64,000 nucleotides of DNA from Vicinamibacteria bacterium (GTDB taxonomy: Bacteria; Acidobacteriota; Vicinamibacteria; Marinacidobacterales; Marinacidobacteraceae): contig OY729431.1 in NCBI GenBank assembly GCA_963422395.1, forward strand, positions 2,844,271 through 2,908,270. The letters run 5' to 3'. Every line of letters begins with the position of its first letter. Positions within the stretch are counted from its first letter, which is position 1. Of the stretch, positions 27,956-38,711 are shown one piece after another. Below the pieces are notes generated by a model. It ran no database searches, was not told the origin of the DNA, and saw only the letters and a list, made by a program, of their open reading frames with translations. The position numbers were made by a program, and so were the translations under genes.

Positions 27956-28732
27956 GTGAGCCGCCCGCGACCACATTACCTGCTGCTGCAGGTGCGCGAA
28001 CCCGAGGATCCGATGGCGGAACACGAGGTGCTCTCTTTCCGGAAGGCGCTCGCTATCGGTGAGGATCAGCTCTGCGTCCACGATCTGCTTTCGGCGCGGC
28101 CTTCGGCGGCGGTGCTCGATGCCAGCGACGCCGTGCTGATCGGCGGCAGCGGGGACCATTCCGTGGTTCGGGGCGGTCCCTGGCTCGCCGGCGCGCTCGG
28201 CGCGATGGAAACGCTCTATGAGCGGTCGAAGCCGGCGTTCGCCTCGTGCTGGGGCTTCCAGGCGTTCGCCTGCGCGCTCGGCGGCCGGGTGGTGACCGAC
28301 AGGACGCGCGCCGAAGTGGGCGTCGTATCTCTCGAACTGACTGCGGCCGGTCAACGGGATCCCGTCTTCGGTCCGCTCGGGACCCGGTTCCCGGCGATCC
28401 TCGGCCACGAGGACATCGTCACCGATCTGCCTCCCGGAGCGGCCTGTCTCGCTTCGAGCGCGACCATCCCCAACGAGGCCTTCGCCTTCTGCGGAAAACC
28501 CATCTACGCCGCCCAGTTCCATCCGGAACTCGACCGCGAGGGGCTCATCGAGCGCATCGCCGCCTACCCGCCCTATCTGCCCCTGACCGGGGCGCGTTCT
28601 CTCGAAGAGCTCCGCGTCATCACCCCGAAAACCCCCGGAGCGACCAGCCTCCTGCGGCGGTTCGCCGGCGAGATGGTGCGTCCGGCAGGCCGGGAACAGC
28701 TCTCCCCGCCGGGTATCATCCGCGCCCCGTAA
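27956..28732 (+). CDS. Type 1 glutamine amidotransferase-like protein
   Basis: IGGSG, SCWGFQ (nucleophile Cys), QFHPE. Confidence 0.85.
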   Translation: MSRPRPHYLLLQVREPEDPMAEHEVLSFRKALAIGEDQLCVHDLLSARPSAAVLDASDAVLIGGSGDHSVVRGGPWLAGALGAMETLYERSKPAFASCWGFQAFACALGGRVVTDRTRAEVGVVSLELTAAGQRDPVFGPLGTRFPAILGHEDIVTDLPPGAACLASSATIPNEAFAFCGKPIYAAQFHPELDREGLIERIAAYPPYLPLTGARSLEELRVITPKTPGATSLLRRFAGEMVRPAGREQLSPPGIIRAP

Positions 28733-30660
28733 TGGACCTGACGGCTCGCCTGTTCGCGCTGGTTCTCCTGTTGGGGGCAGCGGTTCCTCCCGCCTTCGGC
28801 GAGCCGCCGGAGGGAATTCGTCCCACGGCGGGGCAGGAGGAAGAAGAAGAGACCGCGCCCACTCCCCCTCTCCAGAGTTCGCACACCGAGACGGTGGTGG
28901 TGACCGCGAGCCGCGCCGAGGAAACCCTCGTGGACTCGGTGGCGCTGGTCACGGTGCTGGACCGGGAGAACCTTGCGGAATCGCCGGCGGCGCTCCTGGA
29001 CGAGACGCTGGGACGGATTCCCGGATTCGGACTCTTCCGCCGCAACTCCAGCCTCATCGCGCACCCCACCACCACCGGGGTTTCCCTGCGAGGGATCGGC
29101 CCGAGCGGCGCGAGCCGATCGCTGGTGCTCTGGGACGGGTTGCCGATCAACGACCCCTTCGGCAACTGGGTGTACTGGAACCGCCTGCCGACGCTGTACC
29201 TCGACCGCATCGAGGCGGCGCGCGGAGCGGGCAGCCCCCTCTACGGCAGCTCGGCGCTCGGGGGCGCCGTCCAGCTCCTTTCCCGCCGCCCCGAGGCCGG
29301 CCTTTTCCGAGCGCGAGGCCGCCTCGGCAACCTCGGGATCCAGGACGGTGAAGTGGTCGCCTCGCACGAAGCGGGAGGCATCGCCGTCATCGGCGCCGCC
29401 CGGATGTTCCGCAGTGACGGGTATCACCGCATCCGCGAGGCCGAGCGGGGTTCGGTGGATCAGCCGGCGGGGGTGGACTTCCGCTCGGTCGTGGGCCGGG
29501 CCGAAGCCGGGCCGGTGCATTTCTCGATCAACTACTACGCGGAAGACCGTCGAAACGGCACTCCGATCCAGAGAAACGATTCGCGGCTGGTGCTGGCCTC
29601 CGGCGGCATCACCGAAGAGACCTGGGACCTGCGGGTGTTCGGGCAGAGTTCCCGGCTGAACAGCGACTTCTCACGCATCCTTCCCGGCCGGAACCGCGAG
29701 ATCCCGACCTCCGAGCAGCGGTACGAGTACTCGGGAGTCGGTGGAGTCGTCACCACCCGGCTCGGCGCCGGACTCCTCGCCGGCGCCGACTGGATGCGGA
29801 CCGCGTGGGGAGACCACAGCCAAAACCGCTTCGGCGGCTTCCTCCAGAAGCGGATGGAGTTGCACCCGGACCTCGAGCTGCTCGCCGACGGCCGCCTCGA
29901 CCTGTGGCAGAACGCCGGCACCCGAGCGAGCGTCAATCCCCGCGTCGGCCTTCGCTACCACTTCTCCCAGAATACGACGCTTCGCGCCTCGGGATACCGA
30001 GGCTTCCGCGCTCCCTCGCTCAACGAGCTGTACCGTCCGTTCCGGGTCGGCAATGTCCGGGTCGCCGCGAACGACGGTCTCGGCGAGGAAACGCTCTACG
30101 GTGCGGAGGCGGGCGTCGATCTCTATCCCTCGCGGAACCTGCTGATCCGGGGGAACGGCTACTGGAACTCCCTTCGGAATACGGTCGGGAATGTCACCCT
30201 CGAGGTGAACGACCAGGGAGTTTTCCGGCAGCGCCAGAACATCGGCCGGGCGAGCGCCCGCGGGATCGAAGCCGAGGCGTACCTCTACCCCGACAGTCGG
30301 ACGGAGATCTTCGCGTCCTACCTCCTCTCCTCGACTTCCGTCGAAGATACCGGGAAGCGGTTGCCCCAGGTTCCGCTGCATCAGGGCGCCTTCGGCATCA
30401 CCTGGCGCGGGCCCGCGGTCGTCCGGGCCGACCTCCGCTTCCTGGGCCGCCAGTTCGAGGACGACCGCAACGAGCTGCCGATGGACGGCTTCGTTTCGCT
30501 CGGGCTCCGGGTCTCCTATCCGGTGAACGAGCGCTTGAGCCTCTTCGTCGCCGGCGAAAATCTCACGGACGCCGAGATCGTTTCGGCCCGCACCCCCATC
30601 GAGACCCTGGGCACTCCCCGCGCGGTCCAGCTGGGGGTGGATTTCGACCTGTCCCGCTGA
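28732..30660 (+). CDS. TonB-dependent outer membrane receptor
   Basis: TonB box ETVVVTASR, plug SLRGIG...LVLWDG.PIND, RGAGSPLYG, GFRAPSLNELY, ENLTD. Confidence 0.9.
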   Translation: MDLTARLFALVLLLGAAVPPAFGEPPEGIRPTAGQEEEEETAPTPPLQSSHTETVVVTASRAEETLVDSVALVTVLDRENLAESPAALLDETLGRIPGFGLFRRNSSLIAHPTTTGVSLRGIGPSGASRSLVLWDGLPINDPFGNWVYWNRLPTLYLDRIEAARGAGSPLYGSSALGGAVQLLSRRPEAGLFRARGRLGNLGIQDGEVVASHEAGGIAVIGAARMFRSDGYHRIREAERGSVDQPAGVDFRSVVGRAEAGPVHFSINYYAEDRRNGTPIQRNDSRLVLASGGITEETWDLRVFGQSSRLNSDFSRILPGRNREIPTSEQRYEYSGVGGVVTTRLGAGLLAGADWMRTAWGDHSQNRFGGFLQKRMELHPDLELLADGRLDLWQNAGTRASVNPRVGLRYHFSQNTTLRASGYRGFRAPSLNELYRPFRVGNVRVAANDGLGEETLYGAEAGVDLYPSRNLLIRGNGYWNSLRNTVGNVTLEVNDQGVFRQRQNIGRASARGIEAEAYLYPDSRTEIFASYLLSSTSVEDTGKRLPQVPLHQGAFGITWRGPAVVRADLRFLGRQFEDDRNELPMDGFVSLGLRVSYPVNERLSLFVAGENLTDAEIVSARTPIETLGTPRAVQLGVDFDLSR

Positions 30661-30828
30661 ACAGAGCTCCTGATTCTCCAAGCAGATGGAACACCTTCGA
30701 CAGTTCCCCCTCGCCTCCCCGAAAACCGCAGTTCGACAAGGCCGCTTTCGCGGCCCACGACCTGTTCGTGAAGCACCTCGGTTTCGCCCTCTCGTCCTGG
30801 TCGGAGTGCATGTGTGACCCCACGCAGC

Positions 30829-33015
30829 ATGCGCGGTAACCGGCCTCGCTGGCGCGCTCTCGCCGCTTTCCCGGCGCTCCTGCTCGCTTGCACCGCCGGA
30901 CCGTCCGAGCCTCCCGCTCTCGAAGACCGCTCCGACTGGCCGCTGCAGGAGCTTCGCGACGAGCCCTTCGATGTCCTCCACTACCGGATCGCTCTCGACC
31001 TCGACGAGACGACCCGCAGCCTCGAAGGCAGCGCTCGGATCCACCTCCGGACGGAAGCCGCGATCTCGGAACTGCGCTTCGATGCCGAGACTTTCGAGGT
31101 GCGCTCGGTCCGCACTGGGGACGAAGAACTCGATTTCATCCACGAAGACGGGAACCTGGCCATCGAACTCGGAAAATCCGTCCCGGAGGGCGAGACCCTC
31201 GTGCTCGAGATCGCCTACGGCGGCTCCGGCGTGGATGTGGACGCCACCCGCTTCGGAATGCCTGCGAGCTACGACCTGGGTCTCGACTTCAAGCCGGCGA
31301 CCGACCGCAACCCGGAGCTGGTGAACACCCTCTCCTTCCCCGAGGGGGCGCGGCACTGGTATCCCTCGGTGGATCACCCGGCAGACCGCGCCACCTTCGA
31401 GCTGCTCGCCACCGTGCGTGAGGATTGGCGCGTCCTCTCTAATGGACGCCTGGTGGAAATCCGTGAGGGACCGCGCCCGGGCGTCCGAACCCACCACTGG
31501 CGCCTCGACGAACCCCATCCGACCTACCTCTCGGTACTGGTCGCCGGGCCTTACCAGGTCATCGCCGACCGGCACGGAGCGATCCCGGTGCACTACTGGG
31601 TCTATCCCCGGGATGTCCCGGACGCCGACCGCAGCTTCCAGAAGACCCCGGCGATCCTCGCTTTCTTCGAGGAGGAATTCGGCGTCCCTTACCCGTGGAA
31701 CAAGTACGACCAGATCACCATTCCCGGGATCGGAGGCGGTGCGGAGAGCACTACCGCCACCGTACTCGGCGAGAGCACGATCCACGACGAGCGCGCCGAG
31801 CAGGACTTTCCGAGCCACGGGCTCGTGGCCCATGAGGCCGCTCACCACTGGTGGGGCGATCTGGTGTCCTACCGCGACTGGGGCGAAACCTGGATCAGCG
31901 AGAGCTTCGCCACCTACTCCGAGTACCTCTGGCACGCCCACGAACTCGGAGCCGACGAGGCCGGCGAGAACATGCGCCGAAAACGAGAGTCCTACCTGCG
32001 CCAGGCGCGGACCGTCCTCCGCCCGGTGGTCTCGAACCGGTGGCGGCGCCCGAACGACAACTTCGACGCGCACACCTACCCGAAGGGCGCCGCTCTCCTC
32101 CGCCTCCTCCGCCACATCGTGGGGGACGCGGAGTTCCGCGCCGGAATACGGCACTTTCTCGAAAAACACGCCTTCGAGCCGGTGGACACCGAGGATTTCA
32201 TCGCCGCTTTCGCCGAGACCCCAGGGGTGGACATTCGCTGGTTCGTGGACCTCTGGCTCCGCCGCCCCGGGCATCCGATCCTCGAGATCGAGAGCAGCTT
32301 CGGCGACGGCGCCGCGGTGATGCAAATCCGGCAGGTCCAGACCGCGGCCGCCAGCATGGGCACCGTCCCGGAGGAGTACCGAGCGCCGCTCGCGGTGCGG
32401 GTGGTCACCGGATCCGGTTCCGAAATCCACCGCTTCACCCTCGAAGGCCGCGAACAGACCCTGACCTTTCCAGCTGCCGGAGAGCCGCACTATATGCGCT
32501 TCGACGCCGACGATGTCCTGCTCGGGGAGCTGCGGATCACGAAACCGGCAGCGGAATGGGTCGCACAGCTCGCGGACGACGACGGCGCCGGCCGCCGCCG
32601 GGCGGCGGCCGCGCTCGCGGGAATGGGCGGTGAGGAAGCCCGCACCGCGCTTCGGACTGCGGCAGCCTCCGACCGCTTCTGGGCGGTCCGCGAAGCGGCC
32701 GTCGGCGGGCTCGACCCGACCGATGCCGCGGACGCTCTTGCGCTGCGAAGAGCCGCCGAGCAGGATGCCCGATCCGCGGTCCGCGCCGCGGCGCTCACCC
32801 GGCTGGCTGGTTCCGCCGGCGCCGAGTTCTCGATCCGACGCTTTCGGAGCGACTCCAGTTACCGTGTCCAAGCAGCGGCAGTCGCCGCACTCGGTGAGCT
32901 CCCGGGCCCTCCTGCCGGCGAGGTCCGCGCGGTTCTCGAAGAGGCAGCGCGCCTGGCCTCCCCCCGGGACATCGTCGCCCGCGCGGCGCGGGAAGCGCTC
33001 GACCCACAGAGCTGA
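30829..33015 (+). CDS. M1 family aminopeptidase (lipoprotein) with C-terminal HEAT repeats
   Basis: Lipobox LLAC; GGAEST (GAMEN-like), HEAAHHWWG...WISESFATY, YPKGA; HEAT repeats VREAA/VRAAA/VQAAA. Confidence 0.9.
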   Translation: MRGNRPRWRALAAFPALLLACTAGPSEPPALEDRSDWPLQELRDEPFDVLHYRIALDLDETTRSLEGSARIHLRTEAAISELRFDAETFEVRSVRTGDEELDFIHEDGNLAIELGKSVPEGETLVLEIAYGGSGVDVDATRFGMPASYDLGLDFKPATDRNPELVNTLSFPEGARHWYPSVDHPADRATFELLATVREDWRVLSNGRLVEIREGPRPGVRTHHWRLDEPHPTYLSVLVAGPYQVIADRHGAIPVHYWVYPRDVPDADRSFQKTPAILAFFEEEFGVPYPWNKYDQITIPGIGGGAESTTATVLGESTIHDERAEQDFPSHGLVAHEAAHHWWGDLVSYRDWGETWISESFATYSEYLWHAHELGADEAGENMRRKRESYLRQARTVLRPVVSNRWRRPNDNFDAHTYPKGAALLRLLRHIVGDAEFRAGIRHFLEKHAFEPVDTEDFIAAFAETPGVDIRWFVDLWLRRPGHPILEIESSFGDGAAVMQIRQVQTAAASMGTVPEEYRAPLAVRVVTGSGSEIHRFTLEGREQTLTFPAAGEPHYMRFDADDVLLGELRITKPAAEWVAQLADDDGAGRRRAAAALAGMGGEEARTALRTAAASDRFWAVREAAVGGLDPTDAADALALRRAAEQDARSAVRAAALTRLAGSAGAEFSIRRFRSDSSYRVQAAAVAALGELPGPPAGEVRAVLEEAARLASPRDIVARAAREALDPQS

Positions 33016-33046
33016 CCGCGCCGCCCGACAGACGGAGCAGCGCGCC

Positions 33047-34603
33047 CTACCCGGCGCCTTTCGCGGATGCGAAGCGCGCGGACCGCGCTGCAGAAGCCGC
33101 CAGCACCGCCTGCGGCACCGGAAAGCTTCGGATGAAGGACTTGGCGTAGGAGAACCAGCCTCCCTGGTACGGTCGGCTGGTGGTGCGAATGAACGCCGCC
33201 ATCGCTTCCGAGTTGAGCGCCGCCAGAAGCGCGCTCCAGTCGAGCGGAACGCGAGGTTTCACGCAGTACCCGGAATAGAAGGTCGCCTGCGGTTCCGGGC
33301 AGCGCTGGAAGTTCGGAACTCGATTCATCCCCGAAGTCAACAACTTGTCGCCAAAACCGGACACCAGGGAGACCTGCCGTCCGAATCCGTACCAACGGCG
33401 CGGATCGGTGCGCCCCTTGTCGCGGGCCAGCAGCCGCGCTCGATTCCGCCGCAGCCAGGCGTAGGCCCGCGGCGCTCGATCGGCGATCTCGGCCTCAGGC
33501 AGCAGCTGCCCTTCACGGTCGTAGGGGAAGACCACGACCCGGCGCGCCGGATCGCGGCCGCCGCGGAGCACCGAGGCCTTCACGATGGGACGCAGCACCC
33601 AGCTCTCGAGCCGCTCGCTGCGCCCTTCGACGAAGCAGTCCACGAGATCGGCATCGCCCAGGTCAACGGCCGGTTCCCGCCGGCACAGGATGAACACCCG
33701 GTCGGCGAGCGTCTGGACGCCGACATGGATGTCGGCGATCTCGTCGAGCCGAGGCCCTCGCCCGGCGAGCTCGCGCATCGTGCGCCACTCGGCAGCGGTC
33801 GCCGGGATCCAGGGCGCGGACGGACGCTCCGGATCCCCCCGGACGGTGCCGGCGGGGGCGAATCGGCCGTCTTCGAAGCGCCATGTCGGAATCGGCCGCG
33901 GCGCACCGTCTCGTTCGATCACGGTGATCGCGGTGTAGGTGGTGACCCGCGGGAATACCTGATGGGCGCCGAAATCCAGGATCCGCCGAACCCGGTGCGC
34001 GGTCGAAAGGTGCGACCGCAGCGCTCCCGCCGCCTGGGACCGCAGCCAGCTCGAAGGGGTGATGTAGGCGAGGCTTCCTCCGCGCCGCAGCAGTTCGAGC
34101 CCCAGCTCGAAAAACACCACATACAGATCGGTCGCTCCGTGCGTGAGTGACCAGCCGCCGGCGCGCTCGCGTCCGGTGCGTTCGAGGTGCTGCACCCGGA
34201 CATAGGGCGGATTCCCGATTACATGGGTGAAGCGGCCCGAGGTGTCGGCGAATCCGGACCGGTCGAGCGCGTTGCGCTCCTCCAGCCGCCAGCGGACCCG
34301 AGCCCGGGGATAGCGCTCCCGAAGCACAGCGTCGAGGCGACGGCCACAGTCGGCGAGCGCGGAGCCTTCGATGTCGTAGCCGGCCAGGCGCCGCAGCGTC
34401 CCGAGCGCTGCAGTACGAGGCAGCCGCCGCAGGCTCCGGCGCGCGACTTCGACCAGAAACTCCCCGTCGCCGCAGGCAGGGTCGCAGACCGCGGCGCTTC
34501 GGAGACTGGCCGCCTGATCCAGACCGGCGGCGTCCAGGATGCGGACGACCACCGGCCGGGGCGTGTACACCACGCCATTCCGCTTGCGGCGGGAAGGGAT
34601 CAT
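33047..34603 (-). CDS. Type II N6-adenine DNA methyltransferase (gamma class, Eco57I/TaqI-like)
   Basis: GVVYTP, DPACGDGEF, IGNPPYV, DLYVVFFE. Confidence 0.9.
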   Translation of the reverse strand: MIPSRRKRNGVVYTPRPVVVRILDAAGLDQAASLRSAAVCDPACGDGEFLVEVARRSLRRLPRTAALGTLRRLAGYDIEGSALADCGRRLDAVLRERYPRARVRWRLEERNALDRSGFADTSGRFTHVIGNPPYVRVQHLERTGRERAGGWSLTHGATDLYVVFFELGLELLRRGGSLAYITPSSWLRSQAAGALRSHLSTAHRVRRILDFGAHQVFPRVTTYTAITVIERDGAPRPIPTWRFEDGRFAPAGTVRGDPERPSAPWIPATAAEWRTMRELAGRGPRLDEIADIHVGVQTLADRVFILCRREPAVDLGDADLVDCFVEGRSERLESWVLRPIVKASVLRGGRDPARRVVVFPYDREGQLLPEAEIADRAPRAYAWLRRNRARLLARDKGRTDPRRWYGFGRQVSLVSGFGDKLLTSGMNRVPNFQRCPEPQATFYSGYCVKPRVPLDWSALLAALNSEAMAAFIRTTSRPYQGGWFSYAKSFIRSFPVPQAVLAASAARSARFASAKGAG

Positions 34604-34610
34604 GGGGAAG

Positions 34611-35303
34611 TCAGGGAGAGAGGTGGCGCAAGCGGATGCGAAGCGCCATGCGATCGAAAAAGCGTAGAACGCTCAGCTCGCGGTCGAGCAGACACCAGGA
34701 GCGCTCGCCGAGTTCCAGCGTCTGCGGGGTCGAGCTGCCGACGATCTTCTGATACTCGGGATCGAGATCCAAAAGCCCCACTGCCATCTCATCCGGCGCA
34801 TGCGCGTGGCGGTGGTCCCGCCGGAGTTTCGCGTAGCGCTCGATATCCCGATCTCGAATCTGCTCGGTCTTTTTCAATTGACCCTGTCGATCCTTGTAGG
34901 GAATCGGATTCGTCACGAAGAACAGATTCCCGTACACCAGGTTCTGGCGGCGGAGGTTCGCAGTTTCCCCGAGCTGCTGTTCGAAATAGTTGACGGCGTT
35001 CTGATGGTAGTTGGACATCACGAACTTCACGCTGATCACCGCCAAAGTCTCCGCTTCGCTTCGAACAAGCACATCGACCGCTTTGGGGTAGTACTCCCCA
35101 TGAACCTGAGCTTCTTCCCGCGAGGTCTCGCTCTGGCCAACGAGCAAATAGGCAGGATCCCGGAGATTGCGCGACAGCTCCGTCTGTACCCAGCCGTGGA
35201 GCGGTGCGAGTTTTTTGGGAGATCGCGGACCGTGTTCCTTGAACAAGGCGTAGGAGTCCTGCAGTGCCTTCAGGTATCGGGACTTGAAGGCCGGGTCCGT
35301 CAT
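34611..35303 (-). CDS. Putative Type II restriction endonuclease (PD-(D/E)xK-like)
   Basis: Directly upstream of the MTase; VDV...ISVKF..SNY.QN..NYFE core; visibly more AT-rich than neighbours. Confidence 0.7.
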   Translation of the reverse strand: MTDPAFKSRYLKALQDSYALFKEHGPRSPKKLAPLHGWVQTELSRNLRDPAYLLVGQSETSREEAQVHGEYYPKAVDVLVRSEAETLAVISVKFVMSNYHQNAVNYFEQQLGETANLRRQNLVYGNLFFVTNPIPYKDRQGQLKKTEQIRDRDIERYAKLRRDHRHAHAPDEMAVGLLDLDPEYQKIVGSSTPQTLELGERSWCLLDRELSVLRFFDRMALRIRLRHLSP

Positions 35304-35599
35304 TCGCATCGTTCCAGGTACCCTCGTTCGTCCCGGGTCATAGGTGCCGGCACGGTGTCTCGCCACCGGAGATCGCGAAAAGTCGAGAGCGCTGGTCGAG
35401 GGAGGCCGGTCGAGGGAGGCTGGGGGGTTCGCTGCGCGAACTCCCGACAGACAGCCATCGCGGCCGAACCATATACGCGGCAGCCGACGAAACCCGTCAC
35501 CAGAAATCCGGCGGCCAGGAACGAAACGGTACTGTGTCGGCTGACGGGCCGCGGCATACAGATACGATCAGCAGGGCAGAACGTGAGAGGCTTCGGCCG

Positions 35600-37579
35600 A
35601 TGAATCCTTCGATAGCATTTCTTTCCGGTTGCGCTGGATTGCTCCTCATCGGAGTACCAGCCTCCCGGGCGCAGAGCGCCGGGGAGCGTTTTCCCTGGCC
35701 GTCGTTCCGCGGTCCCTCGGCTTCCGGGATCGCCGACGGACAGAACCCGCCGACCTCCTGGGACGCGGAGACCGGGCACAACATCCAGTGGACCCTCGAG
35801 GTGCCGGGGCTCGGGCACTCGAGCCCGGTGGTCTGGGGTGACCGCATCTTCGTGACGAGCGCGCGGAGTGACGATCCGAACCCCGTCTTCCGCTACGGGA
35901 CCGACGGCCGCATCGATCGGCGCTCGGACCGGTCCCGAAACGCCTGGTTCCTCTATGCCGTGGACCGCGACCGGGGAGAGGTGGCCTGGGTGCGCGAGGC
36001 GGCGCGAAGCACGCCCCAGATCCAGCGGCACCCGAAGAACAGCTACGCTTCGGCGACTCCAGCGACCGACGGCGAACAGGTAGTGATCCTCCTGGCCACC
36101 GGTGAACTCCTGGCCTACGACTTCGAGGGTTCGCTGCTCTGGCAGGTGGATCTCGGACCGCTGGACGCCGGCGCGTCCTACGACGACAGCTACCAGTGGG
36201 CAGCCGCCAGTTCGCCGATCATCTGGCGGGGTCTGGCCATCGTGCTGGCGGACCAGCAACGAAGTTCGTTCCTCGCCGCCTTCGACATCCGCTCCGGCGA
36301 GGAGGTCTGGCGGACACCGCGCGATCTGATCTCCTCGTTCTCGACACCGACGGTGCATGCCGGCGGCGAGCGAACCGAGCTGATCACGAACGGCGCCGGA
36401 CTCATGCAGGGGTACGACCCGGCGACCGGCCGGGAACTCTGGCGGATGGCAGGCAGCTCGTTCAACACCACCCCGACCCCGGTGGTGGTCGAGGGGCTCA
36501 TCTATCTCACCAGCGGCTATCGCACCCGACCGATCTTCGCAGTCCGCACCGGAGCGAGCGGCAACATCTCGCTCGCGGAGGGTGTCCGTTCGAACCCCCA
36601 GGTCGCCTGGAGCTCACCGCGCGACGGCCCCTACATGGCGTCGCCGCTGGTGTACCGCGGCCACCTCTATGTGGTCTCGGCCGGCGGCGTGCTGACTCTT
36701 TTCGACGCAGTCACCGGGGAGCGCCTCTACAAGCGCCGGGTCGCCGAGCGCGGCGGCGCGTTCACTGCCTCGCCGGTGGCCGCCGACGGCCGCATCTACC
36801 TGACGAGCGAAGACGGCGACGTCTTCGTGATCCGCGCCGGACTCGAATACGAACTGCTCGCGGAAAACAGCATGGGCGAAGTCTGCCTGGCGACCCCAGC
36901 GATCTCCGAGGGGCAGCTGCTCATCCGTACGACGGACCGCCTGGTGGCAGCGGTCGAAGGGATCGCTCCCGCCACTGCGGCCGCCACGATTTCCCACGAG
37001 CCGTTTCCCGCCGTCTTCGGCACCGCGCAGGTGCTGCCGTTCGACGACTTCGAGGACGGAGATCTATTCGCGCATACCGGCGTGCGCTGGCAGACCTTCA
37101 CCAACGGTGTTTCCACGGCGAAACTCGGGCTCGTCCGGGGCGGAACCCCCCCCGGGGCCGCCGCCCGCGTGGACGGCGAACTCGCCGCCGGAGCTGCTCG
37201 CGGCCCGCTGGCCCAGATGTACCAGCCGTTCGACCGGGGCGCGCTGCCGATCGACCTCCGGGAGCTGGGCGGCGTCGCCCTCCATGCCCGGGGCAGCCGC
37301 CCCTTCGAGCTGACGATTCGCTGTGCCGGGGGCGAATTCGGCAGGGAACTCGAGGTTTCCGAGGAGTGGCGGCGAATCGAGATCGGCGCCGAAGAGATGG
37401 TGCCGCTCGCGGGAGCGCCGGAGACGGCCGCTTGGAACGGGGCCGAATGCACCGGGCTCTATCTGTCGCGCCGGGGCGTCTCCTCCGGGGGGCTCGGGTC
37501 GTTCTGGTTCGAGGTGGACGAGATCACGCTCTACGGCCGGAGCGCCTGGGAATCCCGGAACGGGCAGCCGCAGCATTGA
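35600..37579 (+). CDS. PQQ-like beta-propeller protein with C-terminal CIA30/CBM-like domain
   Basis: [35 protein letters not shown]; C-terminal DDFEDG...GVALHARGS...[10 protein letters not shown]. Confidence 0.8.
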   Translation: MNPSIAFLSGCAGLLLIGVPASRAQSAGERFPWPSFRGPSASGIADGQNPPTSWDAETGHNIQWTLEVPGLGHSSPVVWGDRIFVTSARSDDPNPVFRYGTDGRIDRRSDRSRNAWFLYAVDRDRGEVAWVREAARSTPQIQRHPKNSYASATPATDGEQVVILLATGELLAYDFEGSLLWQVDLGPLDAGASYDDSYQWAAASSPIIWRGLAIVLADQQRSSFLAAFDIRSGEEVWRTPRDLISSFSTPTVHAGGERTELITNGAGLMQGYDPATGRELWRMAGSSFNTTPTPVVVEGLIYLTSGYRTRPIFAVRTGASGNISLAEGVRSNPQVAWSSPRDGPYMASPLVYRGHLYVVSAGGVLTLFDAVTGERLYKRRVAERGGAFTASPVAADGRIYLTSEDGDVFVIRAGLEYELLAENSMGEVCLATPAISEGQLLIRTTDRLVAAVEGIAPATAAATISHEPFPAVFGTAQVLPFDDFEDGDLFAHTGVRWQTFTNGVSTAKLGLVRGGTPPGAAARVDGELAAGAARGPLAQMYQPFDRGALPIDLRELGGVALHARGSRPFELTIRCAGGEFGRELEVSEEWRRIEIGAEEMVPLAGAPETAAWNGAECTGLYLSRRGVSSGGLGSFWFEVDEITLYGRSAWESRNGQPQH

Positions 37580-37583
37580 GCGA

Positions 37584-38711
37584 TCAACGGCGGACCCGGC
37601 CACGATAGAGCGTGTTCGGGGCATTCGAACGGCCGGCCACGATGTCGAGAATCCCATCTCCATCGACATCGCCGATCGCGAGCCCGTAGGCGGCGCCTTC
37701 GCCGTCGCCGAACGGAGTCCGCCGGAAGCGCTCTCCGGTTCCGTCGTTGATCAGCAGCGCACCCGGGGTACCGGAGTTCCCCATCACGATATCCAGGTCG
37801 CCGTCGCCGTCGAGATCAGCCACCGCCAGCGCATAGACATCGTCGTCGGCATCGCCGATCTCCTGGGGCGCTTCGAAGATCCCGTCCCCGCGGTCGAAGA
37901 AGAGCCGCACCCCGCCTTCCCGCTGATTTCCAACCAGGATGTCGCGTCGGCCGTCACCGTTCAGATCGCCCAGAACCACCGCACGGGCCGCCGAGTGTGA
38001 CGGCCCGACCGCTCGGCGCTCTTCGAATCCGCCGCTGCCGTCGTTCACGAACAGGAAACTCTGCCCTCCGTCCCGGTGGGGCACGAAGAGATCGGCGAAA
38101 TCGTCACCGGTGAGATCGCCGGCGGCGATCGTGGTGGCAGATTCTCCGGACAACACCTCGCATGAGGGAAACCCGCCGGCACCGTCGTTGACGCACAGGT
38201 AGTTGGAGCTCCGATTTTCGATCCCGCCGCGATTGGCGACCACGATCTCGGGCCGGTCGTCGCCGTTCAGATCGGCCACCGTGATGTTCCGCGTCGGCCA
38301 GTCGGGACTGCCGAAAGCGCCGGCAAGCCGGAACCCGCCCCCGCCGTCGTTGAGGTGGATGCGTTTTTCGTCGGGGCGGTCGTTGCCGACCACGAGGTCG
38401 AGGTCGCCGTCGCCGTCGAGATCGGCGAGAGCGGCGGTGTAGGTGCGGTCCGCCGGTCCCGGAAGCGGCGAACGCCTTTCGAAGCCGCCGCGCCCGTCGT
38501 TGAACAGCACCAGATTTTCGAGAGGCCAGTGCCGCCCCTTCGCCAGGACGATGTCGAGATCGCCGTCGCCGTCGAGGTCGCCGAGGCTCGCACCGGCGCT
38601 GGTCTCAGAGGCATTCTCGAGGTCCACCGCCTCGAAAGCCTGCCAGGCCGCCGTCACGGCGAACAACAGGCCGCAAACGAGGGAGATCAACCGAGAACCC
38701 GCCCGATCCAT
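37584..38711 (-). CDS. FG-GAP/VCBS repeat protein (secreted)
   Basis: Seven (G/A)DL(D/N)GDG..D(I/L)V-type repeats; start could alternatively be TTG at 38690. Confidence 0.88.
   Translation of the reverse strand: MDRAGSRLISLVCGLLFAVTAAWQAFEAVDLENASETSAGASLGDLDGDGDLDIVLAKGRHWPLENLVLFNDGRGGFERRSPLPGPADRTYTAALADLDGDGDLDLVVGNDRPDEKRIHLNDGGGGFRLAGAFGSPDWPTRNITVADLNGDDRPEIVVANRGGIENRSSNYLCVNDGAGGFPSCEVLSGESATTIAAGDLTGDDFADLFVPHRDGGQSFLFVNDGSGGFEERRAVGPSHSAARAVVLGDLNGDGRRDILVGNQREGGVRLFFDRGDGIFEAPQEIGDADDDVYALAVADLDGDGDLDIVMGNSGTPGALLINDGTGERFRRTPFGDGEGAAYGLAIGDVDGDGILDIVAGRSNAPNTLYRGRVRR

Noticed and set aside
30661-30828. Possible small ORF or riboswitch between the TonB receptor and the aminopeptidase
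   Set aside because: No recognisable motif, RBS or convincing structure.
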